This document shows positions 1-18,669 of a DNA stretch of 64,000 nt, in pieces. The stretch spans positions 1,426,001 through 1,490,000 of the forward strand of contig CM035362.1 of assembly GCA_020137815.1 (NCBI GenBank), in the 5' to 3' direction. Both the position numbers and the translations under genes were made by a program. This stretch comes from Hormiphora californensis (lineage: Eukaryota; Animalia; Ctenophora). The notes beneath the pieces are model-generated. The model was not told the DNA's origin and did no database searches. It was given only the letters and a program-made list of their open reading frames with translations. Within the stretch, counting starts at the first letter, position 1. Every line of letters starts with the position of its first letter.

Positions 1-137
1 ATCATCATCGAGGATGATCTCATCTGGATCGGTAACTAGGGGGTCCGATATCAGTTTCTGTTGACCTGAGAATTGGATAAATGTGGGTGTTAGTGATACA
101 TTCCGTCAGTGTAAAGCATAAAAGGGAGAGGCAGAGA

Positions 138-181
<44 letters not shown>

Positions 182-405
182 GAGAGGGAGAAAGATGCCA
201 AAAACAAACATCCCTCCCATTATGTGTGACTTCCCAATAAGTTTCCCTCACACACACGCCACCATTCCGACAAACAGACGTATAACTAGCAAAGTGTTAC
301 AATGACCTGTTACACAAATCTTGCACACACACAAATTCACAAAACAATAAATGTTTCACAGCTTGGAAGTTTGAATGGAACCGGACAATGCACAAAATAA
401 AGCTG

Positions 406-1513
406 CTATATATTGGGAAATGGAATTGAGTTTAGACATTCTTTGCGTAGGGTACATGTCGAGTTGGCCGTGTGGCCAAAATCTTTATTATTATTATTAT
501 TATATGTACCGGGGAAGGTAGGTGAATCTTTAGGAGGTTCAGGGGTTGTTAGATTTGAACTTGGTCGACTGTTACGAGGTTTACCCTGTAGTTTAGCACA
601 GTATCCCGCAAACGCTTCACTCACATAAATATGGGACCTGAAAATACGGAGATCAATAAGAGATATACAGGGTGTCTCATATATTCTCTGTGTCGGTTGT
701 ACATGGTTATTACATAGTTTCGGCTAGTACATTTTATTAGCACCAATACTTGAGTCCTTGTTCCACAAACCTATACGTGTGTTTATCCTCCACGTTGATT
801 CCCTGCCAGGGGTCAGACAACATGCCGTAATTGAAATACCCTCCCTTTCCTCCCCCGGATCTTGGTCCAGATCGGGCCATAGATCCACCACGGTGATTGT
901 TACCGCCACGACCACCTCCGCCACCCCACCCACCACCGCCACCGCCTCGGCCGCCACCACCACCTCGGCCGCTGTCACATCTCTGTGTGGGGATGTGTGC
1001 TTGTAAAAAGGTGTGAATGGGACAGATTACATTTTACAATATAATACCGCACGTATATATAAGTATAGTTAGTTAATAGTACTTTGTCAAACTTGATATA
1101 TCTCTATTAACTCACCCCCATTCCACCGTTCCGATGATTATTATTCTGGTGTTGAGGGGGTCCTCTACCGGCCATACCAGGTGGTCCTCCAATACCCATC
1201 ATCATCATCACTCCCCCTTCTCGTCCCCCTCCTTCTCTTCCTCCCCCTTCACCACTTCTGGGTCTGAAACGGCAGGAAATGTCTTACACGAGAGTAATGT
1301 TATACACAGTTTACCAGCGTTTAAATGGTGATTTCTTCTACATGACGTGCCATTCACATCATTGAATAATTTTATCTACTGAACAATATACCTGCTAGGA
1401 TCGTGTGGTACTCCGGGTGGGTATGGTTGGAAGTTATTGTTCCCTCGGCGCATAAACTTCTTTCCCCGGCCACCCGATCGGAAGTTTGGATCATACATTG
1501 GCGTATTTGACAT
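406..1513 (-). CDS. MPLKIP: MPLKIP/TTDN1-like Gly/Arg-rich protein, 4 exons (approx. 1513-1392, 1263-1116, 983-772, 638-406)
   Basis: Spliced reading MSNTPMYDPNFRSGGRGKK...RGGGGGRGG...GGYFNYGMLSDPWQGINVED. YFNYGMLSDPWQG resembles the conserved MPLKIP motif YFKPSMLEDPWAG that follows a low-complexity Gly/Pro/Arg region. GT-AG junctions join in frame. Confidence 0.6.
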
Positions 1514-2390
1514 GGTGCTGTGGGATTCAAAGTTGTTATACAATTACACAAATCCTCTGTTATTTGCGACACATACCAGACCACGGTAGCGACGGAACGA
1601 AGACAGTGAAAATCCGCTGGCAAGCTGTTATAGTCAGATGTTTAGTGAGTCAGTGCACTGGGCGCCGTAACGATCTGTACTGGGCGTTTACAGGTGCCGG
1701 GTGCGTGCCACCAAAATTACCATACACTAAAATGGCTCTAACCTCCAAACGGTCCAAACGGCTCAACTGGTTTGGCTAATCCAAAGTTCATCTCATAGCA
1801 AGTCTAAAGCCCTGAAGCGGTAAAACCAGACCGAACCGCAGCCCTAACCCTAAAAATCCGTGAGTGCTGACACAGAAAACACAAATACAAATACAAAAAC
1901 AATTATAATTTATATCCCGCTTTTGGGCCTATGCATTGTTAGTGCTAGGAGGACGCCGTTTCAATCAGTCGATTGAAGCAACGCACCCACTTTAACGTTT
2001 CCCCTGGGGACTAAATCACATGCTAACAGTGGAATTCGGCGTAGGGCAAACGTTGGCAATACAAAGACCTCAGTGTTGACTGTTGAGTGCGGGATGGGAC
2101 GGCTCTTTTCAAAGCAAACGAGAAAAAAGTAAAAACACACGTTTCTTTAAGAACGTGTGTTTTTTAAAATTTGGGCCAAAATTTGATTTTTTTATGCGCG
2201 GCTTCGAATTTTTTACGCTGCAGGAGTGGCGCGCGAAGAACTTCGAAAGGTCGCGTTGTTGTCGGTTGTCGGTTTTTTGTTTTAACTTTCGTTGAAGATT
2301 TTAACTTTTGGACGTCTGGGCACTTCTCCCAGCGGCGAAGACGGCAAATTGAGCACTTTAAATCCACTGGCGATGTTGTACACGTCCTTT

Positions 2391-2544
2391 TAAAGTCGGA
2401 TTTTTTGAAACTGTCACCCCCCTTTTGTGCGCGGAATGTTTTTGCGCGTCACATCACATGTTAACGTGTGGTGTGCGCGTCAAAATTGATAAATTTCACA
2501 TGCGCGGTCATTTTGGGGTGACAGTTTCAAAAAATCCGACTTTA
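2391..2544. mobile_element. ~155 bp MITE; relatives at ~19449-19602 and ~55872-56029
   Basis: Terminal inverted repeats taaagtcggattttttgaaactgtcacccc / ggggtgacagtttcaaaaaatccgacttta, with similar internal sequence in the other two copies. Confidence 0.75.
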
Positions 2545-2770
2545 CCTTCGGCCTAGAGCAGCTCATTTATGAAACAGTAAACACTCTACCACCTGCTGTC
2601 AATTCTCAATGTGCTGTGCTGTGCTGATGAGTGTGAGTGTGAAGGGATAGTTTTTAACTTAGTATTTATTTAGGTGGACCCATTCAGGGAAGGCCTGTTT
2701 CTTTATAAATAAAATTTCATTTGTAAAAATGTAAACTTAAATCTGTAATCTTCGTTAGAATACGAATGTT

Positions 2771-9163
<6,393 letters not shown>

Positions 9164-10436
9164 TGGGGAAAGGGGGCCCTTTGAAAGGGAACAATAATTT
9201 ATCATTTGATCAGGAGACGAAGGATCTGAGTGAAAGACTGTGTGTGTGGGGGATTGAAGGGTTGAACGAAGATGTATGACATGTGTAGCGGATAGGGATG
9301 GAACAGAAGTTAGAAGTCGAGTGTACTCTCAGTTGTGGGATTTGAGAGATATTGAGAGAAGTTGAAAGATGATTTCTTAGCCTTGTTCAGAAAGGGCACG
9401 TTGCCCAAAATGGATTATATTAATTTTTATGTAACCCAAAGTTTTTCACTTTTCTCGACAGACAATCACACCAAGTGCATGTTGATATCTGGCAACCGTC
9501 TGCTATTCCTCTAATTTGTATTCTCTCACATTCGTGGCCAGACAGTGTTCTTCAGTTACACACACACAGGGGCATGGATCTGTCACACTCAATCTGGTGT
9601 TAGCATGTAACGCGCGGACAAAATCTGATATTAAAGTTGACACTGTGAGCACAACTCGCACGTACGCAACATCGCACGCGCAAAAATACAACGTGAATTG
9701 AGGCGCGTTAATGCGCGGTGTTCTGTAAATTTGAGACGAATTTTGAAAAGTCTGTGTTCCAGAAAAAAAAGTTGTGTCAAACAAAATTTTTGGAATGCGC
9801 TGCAGCCCCCTCATGCGCGCACCCCCGCAACAAGGGGACTGGAGGGAATGCCGCGCGCGCGTTTGGCCAGAGCTCTGCAGAGTCGAAAATAACTTTGCGG
9901 TCGAAAAAACGGCGGTGCTTATAACTTTGGCCCCTGAAGTCCGTTTGACTTGATTCTTTCACTAGCTGTTAGATCTGACAATTATCTACCTTGCTGTTTT
10001 TAAGAGAAGTTAATTGGACTTGAGGAGGCTGAGCAATAGCCGTTCAAAGATTGGTTGTTTTCAAAAAGTGACGTCACAGGTCCCTGCAGGGACACTTTGT
10101 TTCAAATTTGAATTAAAATCTCGAATTTTTTTATTTTACCGCACTCGATTTTGCAGAGTTTGGTTCATATCTCCTGTTCCTGATAAGATAGAGACCTGAA
10201 ACCGGTTGCATTTGAAAGCTGTTATCTTCCTCTTTCCAACGCTACCAAAACGATTTCTGTACCTTATCTGGAACCGGAGATATGATTGATTATGTATTCC
10301 CCCCTAGCGCGGTATTCCCTCCAGGCCCCTTATATTATATTATAAGGGGCCTGCAACGTATGCCAAAATTTTCCACACTCGTTGTGGTTTTAAAGTTTAA
10401 ACCAGTTACTAGTCGTTTATACAGGCCCTGAAAGAA

Positions 10437-13400
10437 ATGGCGACCCTTGAGCTTGATGATTCCGTGGACCCGCTAGACGGGGAATCAATCGAATCACTGG
10501 TGGGTGAAGAAATGGAAAAATTCGACCGTGAAAGTCAGGCCAGGTCTCGAGAACCAACGGCAGAGCCCGCCAGCAGAGGAGGAACTCGAAACACAAGCAT
10601 GTCAGAGAAAATTATGATTTCCAGACACACTCAAACTGTCGGGGAGTTGAAAAAACAAACGTCATTCAAGCAGACAGCGAGCTCAATAATGACCCTTACC
10701 ACAATGAATAATGCACGGACTATGACTCGGCAGTTGAGGACGGCACAAAGAAGGGGAAGCGTTAGGAAGAGGACCATGAAAAAGAGTAAGTTTGTTCACA
10801 TCTTCTCGGATATTCATGGCGTATTTGATTTTCGTATTAATATGTCTTTGATACATCTTCAATGATCCTTCTTTTTGGTTCAGCTGGACTTCCTGTAGTG
10901 GATGATGAGGAAGAGATGGAGGACGATTTCTATCAACTCGAAGCAGGAAATAGTCGTCATGACAGGTGCTCATCTCTATTCTATCTCTTTTTACCTGTAA
11001 ACAAATGTCTATTCTATCTCTTCTCTATCTACTTGTTGCTGTGTTGCTTCCCTTTCTAACACGTCACCAGACGACCTGTCCCCAAAATAACCGTATCCCG
11101 GACCCTGTCTGATAACCGTGCTTCAAGCAGCGACGACAAAGACACCATGGGTCCAAAACTGGCCCAAAGTTGGAAGTTTATGAACAAATCACTCTCTCGA
11201 ACAATGTCCCGGATCGGACGCAGAAAGCCTTCCCATGTACCAATGAAGGATCGGTGAGGATGGGGTGATGATGATGGAGTGATATACAGCACTGTTTCAC
11301 CTCTTTGTGCTGTTTGGCGGTGCCACAGACCCCGTTATGATCCTCAGCGACAGTGTGCTCAAATCGGGTCAGCGCCGCCAGACAGTATTTGTGTGGTTTT
11401 CTCATACAGCAATCATTTTGTTTTCAGTGTTCTTTCCTTTTTATTGTGTGATGTGTGAAGCAGTGGTATTCTGTTTCCCCGCAACCCCATGTGGTGTTGA
11501 ATGACATACAGACGGACAGACAAGAACAATGATTATAGACAGAGTCTAGAGGTATATATCAGTTAAGATCGGTCTTATTATTGAATTTCAAAGGGAAAAC
11601 TTTCAGTGGACACACACACCGACAAACGCTTACACACATTTTCACATGCATGAAGCATGTAAAAGCAATAGACCTCTCCTCCCCCCTCTTTATCATAGCG
11701 CTGGCAAGTGCCCGGGGCCCAATCCTCCCTCCCCCAAGCCATCCTTCCCTAAAAAATGTCCATTTTTCAAGCATTCTTCCTTCCAGTAAATGGAAAATCG
11801 AAATTACGAAAAAAATTTTTTTGCAATTTTTTGAAAATTTTTGAAAATTTTGACAGCGCTACTATACTTATTGTCTGAAATCGGCAATTTCAACTTTGTT
11901 TTAGACAGCCTTCCCGTTGTCCTACGAACATGCCGCTTGGTAGTTCGTGTTGCCTTGACACCTAGAGCACACGTTCAAAATTTCATGCAAATCGGAGTTA
12001 CGGTTTTTACGTTACAGAGGGTCGTATTTTAGACAAAATGTCCGTTTTTAGGGTCCCGAACGACCTTGATTGTACGACCTTTTTGCGTACAAAATAGAGG
12101 CCAGAGTTTCAAAGCTATCACCATGAAACTTTGGGAGTCGGTAGGTCTAGTGGTGTACCTTGTATTAAAGCTTGGACAGAGAAAACGGACAGTCATAACA
12201 AAAGTTATGACTGTCTTAAGTTTTCTTTGGCGACTAAGACGGCCTTCCCGTCGTTTTAAGAATACGCCGCTTGGTACGTTGTGTTGCCTTGACATCTTGA
12301 ACACACGTTCAAAATTTCAAGCAAATCCAAGTTACGGTTCTTAAGTTATGGGCATCTGACTGTATTAAGATTTAAGACGATTTTCAAAAAACCGACAAAA
12401 GAAAAAATCATGACTTTATCATATATATTTTGCCAACGTAGGTCAACTGCTGTATTTTCAGATATAATTGGTAGTCATATCTAGATTTATGACTGTCTTA
12501 AATTTAAGACGATTTTAAAAACACCTAGAAAGAAGCGATTCAGAGTCTAAATTAACATTGAATCAGGCTTATTTTATAAAATTAGGCTTACTGCTGCATT
12601 TTCAGTTTTGATTGGTAGTCATATCTAGAGTAATGACTGTCTTAAATATAAGACGATTTTAAAAACATCCGAAAAAAGAGCGAATTAGCATCTAGAACCT
12701 GATTTTATCAAATATATCTGATAATCAATGATTATCCGCGATCATTATCAGTGACTAACAATTACAATCATAGAATAATCGCGGAGAACAAATCGTGGAT
12801 ATCAATCGCTGATAACAAAATAAATAATATAGTAATCGCGAATAACTAACTACGATAACTTATCGCGAATAAGTAATATAATAGTAACCAATCGCGGATA
12901 GCTAGTCACGATAACTAATCGCGACAACTTATAACGGATACGTGATCAGTTATATGCGATTAGTGGTTATCATATTAGTCATTCAGCTGTATGGCGGCGC
13001 CATACCCCTATTTAATTCGACAGTGCGCTCAGATGGGGTCGGCGGCGCCAGACAGTCATTCGCAATTGATTGGATATCTACGATTATTATGCGGCTACCT
13101 ACGATTGAAAAAGTCCGTGAATCCCCAGTCCGCGTTTCAGCTAGTATTACAAAATGCATGTCATAGTGTATAACAAAATGCCTGATACTAGATCCAAAAA
13201 CCAAACACGTTTGGTGGATAGCCGGGGCCACAGAAATTAAAAAACGTGCGAAAGTTTTGATACATGAACTTTCGGGGCCTGGGGTGCTGTTAAATTCGCG
13301 TTCTATGATAGTCAGCCGTTCTTTCAAAACGCGCTATTATTCTGTAAAACAGACTCTGAAACGACCCACATTATATGTGACACATGTGTGGATCTGTTAT

Positions 13401-16400
13401 AATGATAATTTTATCATTGCGATAGTTTTTCTGACGTATAATTTGAAAATTTTGCTGGTTATAATCATGGAAACGCGAATTTAACAGCACCCCAGGCCCC
13501 GAAAGTTCATGTATCAAAACTTTCGCACGTTTTTTAATTTCTGTGGCCCCGGCTATCCACCAAACGTGTTTGGTTTTTGGATCTAGTTCCTCCTCTCAAG
13601 GAGAGTGGAAACGGAGAATTATACCCCGTTTCATATTATTATTAATTTAGGAAAACGGAATCTAAAAGTTGTTTCATAACACCCACTGCTGAGCGCTGCC
13701 AACCTTTTTACTGTTTGCATTTTCCTGTGCTGTATTCACAGAGCTGTATCTCAAGATGGTAGCTAACCTTCCCCCTTTCCCTGCAGAGTAAAGAGGGACA
13801 ACAAGCGAGCTCAGATGGGGTTCTTCTCCTTGCTATATCATGACATCAAACTAGCTATCGACAGACAGAAGAATGAAAGGAATGAATTCAAGTTGTTTTT
13901 AAAGACAATTAAGTCTATACAGGTGACGCTTTTATTTCTACCTATACTTTCAAAAATAGACAGAGAAAAGGAATTAATAATATCCAATCCACTTCTCTAT
14001 TAATCTCTGATTTACCTTACGTCACCAAATAATAATAGCTGTCGATTGTCCCAATATAATAATCCCCTATTTCCTTTCAGGGCGAACTCGGTTCATCCAC
14101 AGCAACTCTGTTTATTTTTGTAAGATACCTCCTCATGATCAATATCCTCTCTGCCGTCATGTGGGTCGCCTTCGTCGTCATACCTCAGGTATTGGGAAAT
14201 TGGAATGTACATGATTTCTCGTGCGAGTGAGAAAATACAGACATAATTCAGAATGGAGAGAGGGAGAGAGGGAAGAGGGAGATGGGGGAGAGACACAGGT
14301 GTACACTGTTATACCCATGCAGCTGGTGCTGTTTTCTCGCTTCGGCGGAGGTTCGAATAATATGACCAAAAAGACGTCATGTGACTGCAATCAATATTTG
14401 CATACTCCACCATCTTTAAAACTAATAGTGAATACTAGCATTTCCAACTAGGGGGGGGGGAGGGGTCAGGGTGGTACACTTTTCCAGCCCTCTCTCCAAT
14501 GTAACACATCATTAGTAGGTACACAGTACACTCTTTCCCTCCACTGTCAGTGTTGAATAAATAACAAAGTTCAGGCTCTCGCGAGTACAAATGGAAATAT
14601 CAAATTTTAGCGTTCCCCTGCCCCACCTACTAACTTTAACTCACATCTCGATAGCGTACTAATTAAATGTTAACTGACTCGCAGGCAATAAGTTTCGACT
14701 ACTCAGCGCTATCAGATGAACGATTCAAAACGTTATCCTTGTTCCTCGGGGATGATTTGGTAGCCAAAAGTTGGCTATTTTTTAAAGGTAAGAGATATGT
14801 TACATGATTAACTACAGCTGGTGTATCATATGTTATCAGGGTGACAACTGTGAGCTAGCATACCAAATACAACCCTCCCGATTAACAAACATCATAACAG
14901 ATAAAGTTACCGTTTGTCAAACATTCATCTTGTGGCCTCATTGTCTATGACAATAATCCATGCACCCAATGGGCTGACAACATGACAATTTAGATAATCA
15001 TTAATCTGATGTACTAAATACTGCTATACTAAACGGTAGTTTTTCCTTTGTGTAATCATTAATCTATATCTCAAGTGTACAATTGTACACATTATCTTTC
15101 TTCACATCCCCCCCCCTCAGGTTACGATGAAACACTACCAAGTGGATACAAGATGTATGTTGCGTATCTGATGACCCACTTTGTGTCTATATTTGCTGTG
15201 TTTGTCACCATCTTGTTCACCATCGGTAAGTGTCAAAATGGCTAAATTGTGGGACGCGTGGTGGCTGGTCATCACCCACTAGCTCTCACCATAATGATTA
15301 CAGAACTTAATCTGTAGACCCTTCTTTATATCGAGATTCAGTGGAGATACATCCCTTTCCTTTTGTAAGTCTCACCTCTCTCTCTTGTAACCAGGTAACG
15401 ATATAACACGAGAGGGTAGTGCATCAACAGCTAATGTCCGATCCCTTGCGATGAACTTATTCACATGCTGGGATCATTCCATCAACAGTAGAGACGCAAT
15501 TAAAAAACTACAGAAATCTACTTATTCAAACTTCAAGGATTTGTTGTGTGAGCTGATGAGTGCTAAAAAGGAACGGACAGGTAAATGTAGTTGATGTAAG
15601 TTGCTATGGAGATATATCTTCTTTCATCTCACTGTAACAGTTCTCTTTCTGTAATGCCACATGAATGATCCAAACAAAGACAAGCTGCAATTGCTCCACA
15701 GATTAGAACTAAGTAACCCCTCCCTTGATAAATAACTCTCTGTCCACCCCACCTTTAGTATCAGAACAGAGACGAATCTACGCTCTCCGAGCCCTGGCCT
15801 GGGTAATCTGGGCTATCCTACTGGCGGGTGCCATTACAGCCATCGTGTTTGTGGTTAAGATTAGTAATATAGAGGGAAACACGGAGTTCATCTACGTTTA
15901 TGGGCCCTCTATTGGTAATGATTATGACTAGGTTTGATAATAATTGTGAATTGAAAGTTTTATCTATGACCATAGTAAGGTTTGATTCAAGATATCGGTA
16001 GTTGTATATTTTAATTCACCATAGTTCAGACCTACTAATCCCTGTTTTTCCCAGCACTAACGGCGATCAATGCAGCGGTACCCTTCCTTATGCAGAAACT
16101 GCCACTAATAGAAAGCTATGATATTGGAAGGTAAGGAATTGTTACTGAATATGTAATTCTCCATTCAGACTTGCGTGTTCTGACGCTGAATGTAACACCG
16201 GGAACTCAATTAAATGCAAAGTAGTATTTCAAGCGTGTATCAAACTTTCTTCATGTTTCTGGGACCTTAGAAGAACTGCGTGATAAATTACCTCTCAGAA
16301 CTCAGTTAATAGATATACCAGTTAATAGATATACCAGTTAATAGATATACCAGTTAATAGATATACCAAGGTTAAAACCTCTGTTCATTGTTCACATGTC

Positions 16401-18032
16401 TCTCTCTCCACATCAGGTCAGAACAATATGTTACAATATTCCGGGTATACATGATGAGAATGGTGTCTCTCTGTACCTTTATCATTACCCTTGTCTTTAC
16501 TAATGATACAGATGATGAGGACTGTTCACCACTTTACTGGGGACAGGTAATTAGTTAATTAATTAGTTAATTAATTAGTTAGTTAGAATAGTCTGTAACC
16601 ACACTGCACATATATCTCGTTTCATTATGCCTACATTCTACAATAATACCTCTCCATCATTCCCTATCTAACCTTTCTTCATCGATGCCCTCATTCTAAC
16701 TCCTTCTCTCTCCAGGAGTTTTATAAGTTGTGTATTATCAACACGATATCTAATGTTGGAACACTCCTAAAATATCCCGTGTTTCTGTATCTACTAGATA
16801 AACGGGTTGAGGTGGATCTACCATCCACCCTCATGAGCCTTATCTACTTCCAGGTAGGGTATTTCGTTTTCAGATTCTGATTCTTAATCGAATTTTTAAT
16901 TTTAGTACTACTAAATCGTTGTTTTCGTTGTGGTCGTTACCATTTTACACGATATCAACTATCCCAGGGTTGTATTTGGTTTGGAAATCTGTTCTGTCCA
17001 TTACTAAGTTTCATGGCGTGCATCTCACATCTCGTATACTTCTTCGCTGCATCCGTGAGTACTTCCCCTGTTGGGACTGTGGGCTGTATGATCCTAACAT
17101 TTTCTCCAGCTCTTCTAAAACTCAGCTCTTAGTCTACTATAACACTGTCGACTAAGGATTAGAAGCTGTACCTTACATGACTTCGAACCATTTCTTAAGA
17201 ATCCATTACATCACGAACTATGCCACCTGTTTTATAACGACAGTGCTTTAGTTGTCGGTCCAGTGCTAACACACTTAACTCATATCATCCACTTCTTTAC
17301 CATCTTATTCTAAACTATCAACATTTTAAATGAAGTATTTCAACCCTCCAATCCCCCAGAAAATTGTTAAGAAGTGCTGCCAACCTCCCACAAAACGTTA
17401 CAACTCCCAAAACAGCAAGTTCTTCAACTCCTTCCTGGCGTTAACTGTGGTTATCATGATGGTTATCACCGTTATCATTATTGTTACTGTAAAGGTGTCG
17501 TGCGGACCTTACTCAGCCAACAAGTGAGCGATATGATGTACTAGATATGGTAGAGAAAGAACGAGATGTTTAGTGCAGAGATGAACATAATTCGTAGTTT
17601 AAAATCGTTGGATCAAGGATCGCTATAAGTTGGATTCCTATCATTATTGTAACGTTCAATTCTCCCAGGTTTGAACTAATGTGGGATACATTTACCGTTC
17701 TAAAAGCATCGTTTGATAGTGAAGTCCAGAGTGTATTTGATATCATTTTCTCAGCTGCTTTCGTGGTTCCCCTCCTCTTCCTTCTTCTCATCATCATCTA
17801 TTTCCTACAAATCCACAACGCCAAGGTAATTCAAAGCCAAACTCTAAAGGATTTGTTCTCTTCGAAAATCCAAATTTGTCCAAAAATGCGGTTTGAATTT
17901 TCAACTTCTTTTTTGTTTCAGATCAACATCAAAAACGACTTCATGGTAAACGAAATTGAAGTGCTAAGGGAGGAGAAGTCCAAATTTTTGAAAGAAAAGA
18001 AAAACAGTCATGTCGACCCGCCACAAATATAG
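10437..18032 (+). CDS. Transmembrane channel-like (TMC) family protein, multi-exon
   Basis: Exons encode IKSIQGELGSSTATLFIFVRYLLMIN, SWLFFKGY, TCWDHSI, CSPLYWGQEFYKL, EVDLPSTLMSLIYFQGCIWFGNLFCPLL, KCCQPPTKRYNS and SCGPYS. These match the TMC signatures (IEG.FG, CWE...GQE.YKL, L.LIY.Q...W.G..F.PLL, CGPF). Confidence 0.9.
12987..13056. mobile_element. Short (~70-90 bp) MITE family; copies or fragments at ~34320-34362, 42155-42205, 44912-44990, 52190-52210
   Basis: ctgtatggcggcgccatacccc...cagtgcgctcagat.gggtcggcggcgccagacagt recurs, with imperfect terminal inverted repeats. Confidence 0.75.
13187..13587. mobile_element. Foldback/MITE with ~125 bp arms in a TMC intron; same terminal family as 5133-5475
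   Basis: actagatccaaaaaccaaacacgtttggtggatagccggggccacagaa... mirrored at 13470-13587. Confidence 0.9.
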
Positions 18033-18395
18033 TTTTTTAACCCTTGAGATACTATATATTATAACTGATGGTTAAGACTCAGACAGGTTAAGATTCAGAC
18101 AGGTTTCATTTTCAGATTAGTCGAACAAATTTAGACTCGGTGTTGTTATTGCCTATCGCCGCCAGACAGGTGTTATTGCCTCAGACTACTCAAGTAATGC
18201 ATGCAGGTTTTTGTTTTTTATTTTCGGTCAGTGTGTATTATAATTTGTTTCCTTGCATTTAATAGAGTTGTATGTTAGTTTTTTGGTTGATCATATTATA
18301 ATTGGAACTGTGATACTGGAAGGAATTTCTGAAATTGAAGGATCTACTGATATATTACTGAAAGAATGGATTTGATAAGTGGAAAGTAATGACAG

Positions 18396-18443
<48 letters not shown>

Positions 18444-18669
18444 TAGAGAGAGAAAGATAGAATATATCAGAATGTGAGAGAAGAAGAGTTGTAGAGAATT
18501 ATAGACAGAGAAAATGTAAAGAGTTGAAGTTTGAGTAGACTTTGATAGGATTTAATAAAACTTCACTGTGTCTTTGTGTGTCATTCAAAATGATCGATCT
18601 CAAGAGATAAAAGTACCTTGATTTCCTTTAGCCATGGTAGAGTGATTTTAAAACAACAAAACTAAAGAT

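Noticed and set aside
20-305. SLSLSL/ERERER ORFs here and at ~8.3, 52.6, 55.5 and 57.4 kb
   Set aside because: (GA)n microsatellite translations.
1843-1853. ccctaaccctaa telomere-like seeds (also ~51009)
   Set aside because: Only one or two units, within a dispersed repeat family shared by ~1690-1790 and ~51170-51255.
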